NCBI GenBank assembly: GCA_963798485.1
Contig: CAWCTR010000007.1
Coordinates: 480,001-544,000 of the forward strand
Direction: 5' to 3'
Source of the DNA: an uncultured delta proteobacterium
Lineage (GTDB): Bacteria; Desulfobacterota; Desulfomonilia; UBA1062
Length of the DNA stretch: 64,000 nt
Part shown: one piece after another, positions 1-8,530 of the stretch
How positions within the stretch are numbered: the stretch's first letter is position 1
Layout: every line of letters starts with the position of its first letter
The notes under the pieces: model-generated
Database searches by the model: none
Seen by the model: the letters and a program-made list of their open reading frames with translations, nothing else
What the model was told of the DNA's origin: nothing
Position numbers and translations under genes: made by a program

Positions 1-73
1 ATGAACTCGTATAACAAATTACAAAAAGAAACTTCCTTACGTCACTTCCCTGTGATTCAATAATAATGGCAAC

Positions 74-337
74 CTAATCATCATATGGACCGAGAAAACG
101 CTCACCGTTGAAATGTATTAAATGAGTTGGAGACTCAGCAACCCACACTTCCGTTTCCCAAGATATATCATCAAGATATTTCACCATGGTTCTTCGATCA
201 AGAAAGGCAGTCACATATACAAGGCCGACCTTTGACCCGGCAAATAGGTTCTTCAATTCCTCCCTACGCTTGGGGTTTACTGGTCCGTGGCTGGTAACTG
301 CTTCTATCAGGACAAGCCATTTATTCTCTGTATAATA
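74..337 (-). pseudogene. C-terminal fragment of a BsuBI/PstI-family type II restriction endonuclease
   Basis: The frame extends upstream of the listed ORF as YYTENKWLVLIEAVTSHGPVNPKRREELKNLF...ISWETEVWVAESPTHLIHFNGERFLGPY. Similarity is lost near 337, there is an in-frame stop at 371-373, and the N-terminal part is missing. Confidence 0.8.
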
Positions 338-565
338 GGAGAGTAGAGAGCAAATGTAGAAAAATTGTCCTTATGTAAATATCCATTTGCTCTTTTCCTT
401 GCCTGATATATTATAGCCTACATTATGTGATAGACCTTTTCAAGGTCATTTGAAGATGGTCGGAACGGAATAAAAAAGTGCCAGGGCTGTTTGACCCGGG
501 GGAATAGTAGGTGCCCCTTTCTTTTTCAAAACTAATAGTTATTAATTCAGATAGGGGAGAAATAG

Positions 566-922
566 ATGACGACAATAACAAACATTTTTGTTGGTCTAGT
601 GGCCCTTCTGCACGTCCACTTCCTTGTACTCGAGATGTTTCTCTGGGACAAACCTTTCGGCCTGCGGACCTTCGGCCTTACACCCGAGTTCGCTTCCGCC
701 TCAAAGTCGCTCGCAGCGAATCAAGGCCTGTACAACGGATTTCTGGCTGCTGGGCTTGTATGGGGCTTGAGCCTGGGCGTTGCAGGAAACCCGATCAAGC
801 TTTTCTTCCTTGGTTGCGTTATTATGGCCGGTGTGTTTGGAGGGTTAACCGCAAATCGAAAGATCCTCTGGGTTCAAGCCCTCCCTGGTGCCATAGCGTT
901 CGCCTTGGTGTTGTTGTCTTGA
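566..922 (+). CDS. DUF1304-family small membrane protein
   Basis: Motifs LHVHFLVLEMFLW and AANQGLYNGFLAAG; about 4 TM helices; GGGGAG RBS. Confidence 0.85.
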   Translation: MTTITNIFVGLVALLHVHFLVLEMFLWDKPFGLRTFGLTPEFASASKSLAANQGLYNGFLAAGLVWGLSLGVAGNPIKLFFLGCVIMAGVFGGLTANRKILWVQALPGAIAFALVLLS

Positions 923-974
923 GGCCCCTGGTGTTCGCCTGAGCCGCTCGGTACCAGTGAAGCAAACCCAAGTG

Positions 975-1286
975 CTAACAGCAGGTTGAATTACCGGCAT
1001 TGTCCGTATCGCACCCGCACCCGCAAACCGGGGCAGTGCCCCTTAGCATGCCATTGAGGATGGCATAGGCGCATCCGACCCCTTGCTGTACCGTGATGGC
1101 GAGCGCCGGGCAGTTCTTGCTGCAGGCCCCGCACTCCATGCAGGCATCAAGATCCGTGATAACGGCCTTCTTCTTTTCGAGGGCGAACACCCCGTGCGGG
1201 CACACCTCTGTGCAGGCCCCGCACCCGGTGCAGCGCAAGGGATCAAGCTGTAATGTGGAAATGTTCTTCAGATATCGCATGCTCAT
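975..1286 (-). CDS. hgcB: Mercury methylation ferredoxin HgcB
   Basis: MSMRYLKNISTL start; two CxxCxxCxxxCP motifs including CMECGAC; GVGCA; Cys-rich tail ending CC. ATG at 1286 overlaps the hgcA TGA. Confidence 0.95.
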   Translation of the reverse strand: MSMRYLKNISTLQLDPLRCTGCGACTEVCPHGVFALEKKKAVITDLDACMECGACSKNCPALAITVQQGVGCAYAILNGMLRGTAPVCGCGCDTDNAGNSTCC

Positions 1287-2371
1287 GTCAGTGCCCCTAT
1301 AAGTACATTCACCCCAAGCAGAAGGAGGCCGCATATGCCCAAGGCAGCCATCGGCCTGGCGAACAGGCCGATCTCCCTGTTCACCCCGGTCTGGGAGGTG
1401 AACGTGCTGCTCCCGGTAAAGTTCAAGGCCAGAAAGGCGGAAATGGCAGGCAGCAAGAGGAGATTGCCCAAAAACGGTATCATGCCCCAGCCCTGGTACA
1501 GGCCGACGGCCAGGGTCCACAACAAACCCATACCCCAGCCCTTCAGTGCGAAGGATCGGGGCGGTATCCACGGAAGCAGCACGGGTACGCCGATGGTCCC
1601 CAGCAGCAGCGCACCCAGGAGCGGGAGCGTGGATGACACCATATGTGCCAAGGTCAGATTGCCGGCAAACCATTTCCAGCCTGCAACTACGCAGAGCAGG
1701 ATCAGAAAGTATTTCATCACCATCACGAGCTCTATGGGGATAACGGCAACCCTGTCCCACAGATCGAACCTCACTGTCCTCATGGCGGAAGTCGCCTGCA
1801 TGTTGTTTTTCAGGAAGGGCTTGAGGTCGTGCGCCCTGACCGGACCGAAGACCACCCTGAAGCCGGTCATTGCCTTGATGGAATGTCCTGATATGCCGGG
1901 GGCACCGAGCTGGGGCAGAATGATGGTCTTGTGCGAGACAACATCCTTCAGGCGTGTTGCCTCGATGCGCCTTGCCAGCTCATCCGTTCCAAAGGTGCCC
2001 TTGCCGGCCGCACACCAGACATTGACGCCCTTGGTGTCAAGTACCAGAACCCAGGTGTCCAAGTTGCTGAGCTCTTTGCGGAGCGCATCGAAGGAGGGCT
2101 TGTAATTGGCGGTTGCCAGTACGATAGCCTCCGGGCCTGGATTGCCCACCGCATAGAGGCCGGGCTGCACCTGAAGCGCATCCCTCCTGATCCCCCACCT
2201 GGCCTTCAAGTGCTCTATTGTGTCCTTAAGCACGAGCTGTGTCCCTATGAGAGCAATAGGACCCGTGGATGCCTGATGGATGCCTGTCACCCACCTGCCG
2301 CTCGGCATGACAGGCATAACCTTTTCCTGAATGCTTCCAAAGGATGCTTGTCCGGAGCAGCATGTTTTCAT
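1283..2371 (-). CDS. hgcA: Mercury methylation corrinoid protein HgcA
   Basis: Cap-helix motif GVNVWCAAGKGTFG, TANYK, PQLGAPG, a C-terminal TM domain and LNFTGSSTFTS. Start MKTCC with a GGAGG RBS overlaps the marR stop. Confidence 0.97.
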   Translation of the reverse strand: MKTCCSGQASFGSIQEKVMPVMPSGRWVTGIHQASTGPIALIGTQLVLKDTIEHLKARWGIRRDALQVQPGLYAVGNPGPEAIVLATANYKPSFDALRKELSNLDTWVLVLDTKGVNVWCAAGKGTFGTDELARRIEATRLKDVVSHKTIILPQLGAPGISGHSIKAMTGFRVVFGPVRAHDLKPFLKNNMQATSAMRTVRFDLWDRVAVIPIELVMVMKYFLILLCVVAGWKWFAGNLTLAHMVSSTLPLLGALLLGTIGVPVLLPWIPPRSFALKGWGMGLLWTLAVGLYQGWGMIPFLGNLLLLPAISAFLALNFTGSSTFTSQTGVNREIGLFARPMAALGICGLLLLGVNVLIGALT

Positions 2372-2847
2372 GTGAGACCTCCACAACTATTTGAACTATT
2401 TGCACAGCATATGCCGTCACGTTTCTGCGCGAGGACCTCGGACAGCCGCCTGACTGCTTTCATGATGGATGCCTGCCCCCCGGGGACTAGGTGAAAGAGA
2501 TCGTGATAGAAGCTGTCGCAAGCGCTGTTGATCTCGTCGGCCTTCTTTTGCCCATGAGCCGTGAGCTTCACCTCAACAAAGCGCCGGTTCACCGGGTTGA
2601 TCGTGCGCCCCACATACATATCGCGCACGAGTGAGTCCACGGTCCTGCTTAGGGTGCTCGTGTCGAGCCTGAGTCTCTTGGCCAGGTCCACAATGCTTGT
2701 AGTGCCCATGTCGTCCAATTCCATGAGCACATGGCATTGGGCCATGGTCACCCCGCAGCAATCGGACTGATTCTTAAGCTGATACTCCACTTCCCGCTCG
2801 ATCTCCCGTATGTATCTCCTGAATTCCCTGATCAAGGCACTATCCAT
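2368..2847 (-). CDS. Cys-rich MarR-family transcriptional regulator
   Basis: wHTH LAKRLRLDTSTLSRTVDSLV...RRFVEVKLTAHG; DCCGVTMAQCH and C-terminal ICC..C; GGAGG RBS before ATG 2847. Confidence 0.9.
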   Translation of the reverse strand: MDSALIREFRRYIREIEREVEYQLKNQSDCCGVTMAQCHVLMELDDMGTTSIVDLAKRLRLDTSTLSRTVDSLVRDMYVGRTINPVNRRFVEVKLTAHGQKKADEINSACDSFYHDLFHLVPGGQASIMKAVRRLSEVLAQKRDGICCANSSNSCGGLT

Positions 2848-2868
2848 CCAGGCCTCCAATGATATTTG

Positions 2869-2902
2869 CAATAGATGTATAATACATCAATTGTATTGTC
2901 AA
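2869..2902 (-). promoter_or_regulatory. Promoter and palindromic operator of marR-hgcAB
   Basis: TTGACA (minus strand, 2897-2902) followed by the perfect palindrome GATGTAT-A-ATACATC (2874-2888) over the -10 region. Confidence 0.7.
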
Positions 2903-2950
2903 GCTGTTTCTGCGAGGATGGGCTTCAAAAATTGTTTTCATGAAAATGCA

Positions 2951-3006
2951 TTGACAAATAACCATGCTCACGTTAATTACTATCAATCTAATAGTGATAA
3001 TAGATA
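2951..3006 (+). promoter_or_regulatory. TTGACA promoter with putative Rrf2-type box
   Basis: TTGACA at 2951; CTATCAATCTAATAGTGATAATAGATA at 2980-3006 resembles the four boxes in the Cys/Met cluster. Confidence 0.55.
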
Positions 3007-3089
3007 TTCTTGTCAAAGGGCAGAGCGCCTTAAGCAATGGAGAATAGGAAAAAGCATCGCTGATAGACTGTTTCTCAAGAGGTATCCCT

Positions 3090-4139
3090 ATGAACAAAAA
3101 GGCCATTGCCCTCCTGTCCGGCGGGCTGGACAGCTCGCTGGCCGTCAAGCTCATGATCGACCAGGGCATCGAGGTCATCGCAATCAATTTTACCAGTCCG
3201 TTTTGCAATTGTACGCCCCGGAGTGCCGGCTGCAAACACCAGGCCCGCCTTATAGCTGAAAATCTGGGCGTGGAGATCCATGTACTCCCCAAAGGCATGG
3301 ATTACCTTGACATGGTGAAGAAGCCTCCCCACGGATACGGCAGGGCCATGAATGCATGCATCGACTGCAGGATATACATGCTCAGAAAGGTCAAAGAGAA
3401 GATGGAATCCCTTGGGGCATCTTTTGTCATCACCGGAGAGGTTCTCGGGCAGCGTCCCATGTCCCAGCACAGGGAGGCAATCCGCATCATCGAGAAGGAG
3501 AGCGGACTTGCAGGCCTCATCTTAAGGCCCCTTTCCGCGGGTTTATTCCCGCCGAGCATTCCCGAACAGGAGGGAATCGTAGACCGGGGGCGCCTCCTCT
3601 CCATTTCCGGCAGGTCCCGGAAACCCCAGATAGCCTTGGCGGATGAACTCGGCATCAAAGACTACCCTTGCCCCGCAGGCGGCTGTCTCCTCACCGACCC
3701 CGTTATTGCGTCCAGGCTTCGGGACCTTTTTCAGCACATGCCGGATTTTGATATGACGGATATCCATCTCCTGAAGGCGGGAAGGCATTTCAGGATCGAT
3801 CCGCGCTTGAAGGTCGTACTCGGCAGGAATGAGGCCGAGAACGAGAGGATAATCGGCCTGGCCAAACCGGGGCACACCATCCTGAGTCCTGTCAACTTCC
3901 GTGGACCAACGGCGCTGGCCACGGGCATTCCCGATGAAGCCCAGGGAAATCTGATAGGGGAGATGGTGGCCCATTATTCCAAGGATGAGCGCGACCGGTA
4001 TGATCTCAACGTCCAGATAATAGGAGGGAAGGATTACACGGTGCAAGTAGTACGGAAGATGCAGCAGGCCGCCATTGATGCCATATATCGAAGCGGTGAC
4101 TTCTACTGTTCCGAGGCCATTGTCAAGACTACAGAATAG
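3090..4139 (+). CDS. ThiI/MnmA-like PP-loop tRNA thiolase-family protein (DUF814-associated type)
   Basis: SGGLDS PP-loop, CIDC, GEVLGQRPMSQ, PAGGCLLT, GRHFR. Confidence 0.8.
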   Translation: MNKKAIALLSGGLDSSLAVKLMIDQGIEVIAINFTSPFCNCTPRSAGCKHQARLIAENLGVEIHVLPKGMDYLDMVKKPPHGYGRAMNACIDCRIYMLRKVKEKMESLGASFVITGEVLGQRPMSQHREAIRIIEKESGLAGLILRPLSAGLFPPSIPEQEGIVDRGRLLSISGRSRKPQIALADELGIKDYPCPAGGCLLTDPVIASRLRDLFQHMPDFDMTDIHLLKAGRHFRIDPRLKVVLGRNEAENERIIGLAKPGHTILSPVNFRGPTALATGIPDEAQGNLIGEMVAHYSKDERDRYDLNVQIIGGKDYTVQVVRKMQQAAIDAIYRSGDFYCSEAIVKTTE

Positions 4140-4147
4140 AGGACGCC

Positions 4148-5212
4148 ATGCAACTTGATGATGTCTTGAAAGGCTGTCTGCAATCAGGCTCTCTCTCCCG
4201 GGATGAGACCCTATTCCTCCTCAGCCGGCATGACAGCGAAGATAGTGCCGCAATAACACGATGTGCCGATGAGGTCCGTCAGGCTCACTGTGGTCCTGAT
4301 GTCCACATCCGAGCCCTGGTGGAGTTCTCGAACCATTGCAGGAGGAACTGCAACTACTGCGGCCTGCGCAGGGGCAACCGCGACCTTATCAGATACCGCA
4401 TGTCTATTGATGAGATTGTCGAGCTTTCCGTCACCCTTTACAAAAAGGGATTGATGACCATTGTGCTCCAGTCGGGAGAAGACCCGTTCTACCATGTGGA
4501 CATGCTCTCGGACATGGTGCGCAGGATAAAGCGGTCCACTGGTATGGCCGTTACCTTGTGTGTCGGCGAGAGGCCCAAAGAGGAGTACCTTAAGCTCAAG
4601 GATGCCGGGGCCGACCGTTACCTATTGCGGCATGAGGCGGCGAACAGTGAACTCTATGCACAGCTCCACCCTGACTCCCGCCATGACGAGCGGATGCAGT
4701 GCCTGAATGATCTGAAGGACCTGGGCTTCCAGGTTGGCGCGGGCAGCATGGTGGGAGTTCCGGGCCAGACCCTGGAACACCTGGCGGACGACATCGAGTT
4801 TATCCAGCAATTCCAGCCCGACATGGTGGGCATCGGGCCCTTCATAGCTCACCCGAACACACCGTATGCAGGATGTCCAACTGGCGGTTTGGACATGTCG
4901 CTCAAGATGGTGGCCCTGGCGCGCATCGTGACCAGGAACGCCCTCATCCCGGCCACCACTGCCATAGGTTCTATAGAGGAAGAGGGCAGGGAGCTTGCGC
5001 TTCAGGCCGGTGCGGACGTGGTCATGCCGAACTATACCCCCTTGCAGTACCGGGTGCATTACGAGATCTACCCCAACAAGCGCTGCATTGCAGAAGACCC
5101 GATGCATTGCCATTCCTGCATGCGCATGAGGATCCTGTCCGTGGACAGATCAGTGGCCGAAGATGCAGGGCATTCCAGAAAGCAGGCTGATAAGGCCGGT
5201 TCAATCAAATGA
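4148..5212 (+). CDS. hydE: HydE-like radical SAM protein (BioB/BATS family)
   Basis: CRRNCNYC, VLQSGED, GADRYLLRHE, GIGPFI, PATTA, YEIYPNK and extra C-terminal Cys. Confidence 0.8.
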   Translation: MQLDDVLKGCLQSGSLSRDETLFLLSRHDSEDSAAITRCADEVRQAHCGPDVHIRALVEFSNHCRRNCNYCGLRRGNRDLIRYRMSIDEIVELSVTLYKKGLMTIVLQSGEDPFYHVDMLSDMVRRIKRSTGMAVTLCVGERPKEEYLKLKDAGADRYLLRHEAANSELYAQLHPDSRHDERMQCLNDLKDLGFQVGAGSMVGVPGQTLEHLADDIEFIQQFQPDMVGIGPFIAHPNTPYAGCPTGGLDMSLKMVALARIVTRNALIPATTAIGSIEEEGRELALQAGADVVMPNYTPLQYRVHYEIYPNKRCIAEDPMHCHSCMRMRILSVDRSVAEDAGHSRKQADKAGSIK

Positions 5213-5238
5213 TTCCTCGCAGCTTGCTGCGGGGATAC
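5212..5238. repeat. GC-rich hairpin (CCTCGCAGC-TT-GCTGCGGGG), terminator or mobile-element-end-like
   Basis: Inverted repeat directly after the hydE stop; no U-tract. Confidence 0.35.
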
Positions 5239-5327
5239 CTTATCAAATCTGGAGAATCCCCCATAGAAACGACTCGTCCATTCTCATAAATCATGCTATA
5301 AAAAAGGTTGTCATGGGAGGACCCATC

Positions 5328-6128
5328 ATGGAAGATACCATAGGTGAAGACTTCGGAATCCTTCAGATATCTCAAGGCGAACACGGCATTGATCTGAAGC
5401 CTGTGGAAAAGCGGGTGATCTCAGAGATGTCATTGAAGATCATCATTAACGGCGATGAGTATGCATCACTGCTCTGCTTGAACCAATACCAGGAAGAGCT
5501 GGCCCTCGGTTTTCTGTACAGTGAAGGGGTTATCGATTCTTATGAGGCGATAGAATCGATCTCTTATCATGAGCGCCTGTCCGCTGTCGTCATCCAGCTC
5601 AAGGAAGGGGTACACATCAGTTATCAGGAAAGCCTCAGGAGCATGACATCAGGCTGTGGTAAGTGCTATACCTACATCAATCCGCTGAAACAGGACAAAT
5701 ATCGCCCCCTGCCGGATACCAGAAGCTATCCCATCAGGGACATCATCGATCTTATGAAAAAGTTCGAGAGGCTATCTAAGATATATTCGACCATAGGGGG
5801 CGTGCACAGCGTCTGGTACCATTCTGATGATTTCTCCGTGCTGAACGAAGATATCGGCAGGCACAACTGTGTGGACAAGATCACCGGCATCCTGATGAAA
5901 AACGGTAAACTGTCTCAGGCCGGTGATGGTATCATGTTCATCAGCGGCAGGGTTTCTTCTGAGATCATGACCAAGGTCATCCGTCTGGGTGTCCCTGTCC
6001 TGGTTTCACGATCGACCCCAACTGCGGCTGCGGTGAGGCTGGCCGAGAAATATCATGTAACCCTCCTCGGTTATGTCAGGGGAGGATCCGGGTATATCTA
6101 TACCTGTCCCGGGCGTATGACGACCTAG
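5328..6128 (+). CDS. fdhD: Formate dehydrogenase accessory sulfurtransferase FdhD
   Basis: LALGFLYSEG, SGCGKC, GGVH, EDIGRHNCVDK, SGRVSSE; GGGAGG RBS. Confidence 0.92.
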   Translation: MEDTIGEDFGILQISQGEHGIDLKPVEKRVISEMSLKIIINGDEYASLLCLNQYQEELALGFLYSEGVIDSYEAIESISYHERLSAVVIQLKEGVHISYQESLRSMTSGCGKCYTYINPLKQDKYRPLPDTRSYPIRDIIDLMKKFERLSKIYSTIGGVHSVWYHSDDFSVLNEDIGRHNCVDKITGILMKNGKLSQAGDGIMFISGRVSSEIMTKVIRLGVPVLVSRSTPTAAAVRLAEKYHVTLLGYVRGGSGYIYTCPGRMTT

Positions 6129-6181
6129 CTCCTGACCAGCCACAGGGCCGCACAGGCCGGGATGCCATGCGCCTGGTCCTC

Positions 6182-6415
6182 TCATGCGAAGGGATCGTAC
6201 CCGGGCTCTTTGTACAGCAGGTCTTTTTTCCCCAGGATGTCGGGCGTGTAGACCTTTTCGGCCCACTCAGCCGGGTCGACCTCTTCGAAGGATATGGACA
6301 CAGCCTTGTCCTCGCACTTGAGGATCGTCACGACATCTTTGGCAATCTCTTCGGTAAGCCTGTTCTTCTGCTGCTCCGTCCTCCCGGGGTAGAGCTTCAC
6401 GATGATATGCGGCAT
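6182..6415 (-). CDS. 4-oxalocrotonate tautomerase family protein (PptA-like)
   Basis: N-terminal catalytic Pro (MPHIIVKLYPGR), LLYKEPGY. Confidence 0.88.
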   Translation of the reverse strand: MPHIIVKLYPGRTEQQKNRLTEEIAKDVVTILKCEDKAVSISFEEVDPAEWAEKVYTPDILGKKDLLYKEPGYDPFA

Positions 6416-6701
6416 TCTATTCTCCTTTTGATGTGGTTAGTGGCCTTTGCATGGTTCCTTAGCCGTGATTGTTTTCAAGTGAATCCAGGAAACTCCGGGG
6501 AAAGTTTGTGAAAGTCATAAGCTTGATGAATACCACACATGTTCCATAATTTCATCCTACATGATCTTGAACAATATGGTGGATCCCGACCAGAAACAGT
6601 TGTTCCGTATCGTGTATAGCGCGGGGAGGGTACAAGGCTCCATAACCCTGAGAACCAACATGAAACAACTCTCTGCGTTTAAGGTTCCTGTAATCATAGC
6701 A

Positions 6702-6729
6702 TCGGCCTGGAAAAATTATTCCAGGCCGA
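6702..6729. terminator. 11-bp stem hairpin TCGGCCTGGAA/TTCCAGGCCGA
   Basis: Perfect inverted repeat downstream of the TOBE fragment; function not certain. Confidence 0.4.
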
Positions 6730-6792
6730 AATAGGGCTGCGAGAAGCCTTTTCACTAGTCTTCTCATCGGGCAGCGAAAGGGTTTGGCGGGT

Positions 6793-6900
6793 CTATTCTT
6801 TGACCGGGAGCACGTGGATGGCCTTGATTATGAGTGCCACGGTGCCACCCGGCTTGAGCTCTATGCCCTCGACCGATTCAGTGGTGAGGACCGAGGCCAT
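6793..6900 (-). pseudogene. C-terminal half of a TOBE/Mop molybdate-binding domain protein
   Basis: Translates to MASVLTTESVEGIELKPGGTVALIIKAIHVLPVKE*; the N-terminal half is absent. Confidence 0.65.
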
Positions 6901-7012
6901 CTCGGTTTTATGATGCCTGAAAACTGAAGATCTGGGTTTGAAACCTATACAGCAAGGCGTTCCATATCAGAGCGTGTCTATAGGCACGTGATCTATGACT
7001 TTTTAAGTTTAC

Positions 7013-8530
7013 TTACATCTTGTTTAAAAGACTCTTATAAGCTGGGACTTCTTTTATGTTGTCAAGATCTTTAGCGGTAAGAAGATACCGATTGTGAAAA
7101 CCTTTTTCTATAGCTATCGTTAACCATTCAATTGATTCGTTTACTCTATTCTGCTTTGCTTTTATACATGCTATTTTATAATAAATATTAGCAAGTTCAG
7201 GGTGAATTTCCTTAAAACGATTCAGTAATAAAAGTGCTTTCTCATACTCCCCCCAATCACAATACAACATGACTAACTTTCCCATAGCATTAATATTATC
7301 CGGATGTATAGAAAGAGACTTCTGATAGCATTCTATGGCCTTAGTGCTATTTATTTTTAAATATAAATTGCCCAACTCATATAGTTTTTCATAGTCATTA
7401 GGATTTTTCTTTAAACTTGATTCAAGGTTATGGGTATATTCTTCGATTTTATTATTAGGAATATTCTCTGATTCAATAAGCCCTAGACTTCTTATTTCAT
7501 TAAATAATCTCTGAGTGAAAAGATATGCGCCATCATTATTAAAATGTCCATAATCAATTAGGACGGAATCATTCAATCCACAGTCTTCTGGCCTTTCCCA
7601 AACTATAGAATGTACGCTATCTTTTTCTAAGCTATGGATATAATTTAAATATATCATCTCTGCATTGAATAATTCCGGTATGTTATTTATAACTTCAATA
7701 TATTCATTACGTAATGGTGGTTGAAGAAGAACAATCTTTTTAGTCTTTTTCTCAACTAAAAGTATAAGACGCCAAAGATATTCAGCTTTATATTCAGCAA
7801 ATTCATAATGGTTCAATAACCCAATTTGATGTTGAACCGAAAAAACTGGATCAGTGGTCATTTTTATATATGCTGCTGATTGATTGTAATGGTATTCGGG
7901 AATAGAATCAGGCTGATAAGGTTCTGGACGTTTCCCAATTATAAATGAATAAATAATAGTACTCCATTCCTCAAGTGTGCGACGTTGAGAGAATGGGAAA
8001 AAGTAATCTGATAACAATAAAAACCTCATATTTAAATCTGGGAATTCTAATCTTTCTTGAAAAGTAGACCATGTAAGAAAAGCAGTTTCTCCGGCACCTA
8101 TAGGATAACAACTTTTATTAAACATCCATGGGTCAACCTCAATAATTACAAGTGGAGATGAGTTAAGCAAGTCGGGATTTTTTCTGCAAAGTAATAATTC
8201 TTCCCAAGTACCAGCACCATTACTTGGGAGTATAAGTATTTTTGACTGCTCAATACCTGATAGTTTAGAAAAAAGATCTCTCTTGATACAGGATGCTATA
8301 CGAGAACTCCCCAAAAAAACAACTTTCAAATTATCAGGCTTTTTAAGATCTAGGTATGAAATAACAGGGGTAACATAGGATCTAGGATTTAATTTCTCCA
8401 ATGAATCACTATAGATGGAAAGAGATATGCCTGTGCAGAAGAGTATTGCAAAGGCAAACAGAGCGACCTTTATGGCCTGGGGCATTTTCTTCTGTGGATT
8501 AGAAATTGAAGTAGATGAATGGTTGGACAT
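7013..8530 (-). CDS. SGNH-like (AlgJ/DUF1574-type) acyltransferase partner with C-terminal TPR repeats
   Basis: N-terminal TM helix, block I FLGSSR, DYGH (DxxH), TPR-like helices; very AT-rich; overlaps the MBOAT end. Confidence 0.65.
   Translation of the reverse strand: MSNHSSTSISNPQKKMPQAIKVALFAFAILFCTGISLSIYSDSLEKLNPRSYVTPVISYLDLKKPDNLKVVFLGSSRIASCIKRDLFSKLSGIEQSKILILPSNGAGTWEELLLCRKNPDLLNSSPLVIIEVDPWMFNKSCYPIGAGETAFLTWSTFQERLEFPDLNMRFLLLSDYFFPFSQRRTLEEWSTIIYSFIIGKRPEPYQPDSIPEYHYNQSAAYIKMTTDPVFSVQHQIGLLNHYEFAEYKAEYLWRLILLVEKKTKKIVLLQPPLRNEYIEVINNIPELFNAEMIYLNYIHSLEKDSVHSIVWERPEDCGLNDSVLIDYGHFNNDGAYLFTQRLFNEIRSLGLIESENIPNNKIEEYTHNLESSLKKNPNDYEKLYELGNLYLKINSTKAIECYQKSLSIHPDNINAMGKLVMLYCDWGEYEKALLLLNRFKEIHPELANIYYKIACIKAKQNRVNESIEWLTIAIEKGFHNRYLLTAKDLDNIKEVPAYKSLLNKM

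Noticed and set aside
400-530. Possible small RNA or sixth Rrf2 box upstream of the DUF1304 gene
   Set aside because: Only weak hairpins are present, and the CTAC-N8-ATAG spacing does not match the box.
975-1760. 261-aa ORF containing the ferredoxin
   Set aside because: The upstream part overlaps hgcA out of frame; the real hgcB starts at 1286.
2005-2025. Selenocysteine-type HgcA
   Set aside because: The motif codon is TGC (Cys), and there is no in-frame TGA.
6552-6767. 71-aa ORF
   Set aside because: No recognisable motif, and it spans a hairpin; probably spurious.
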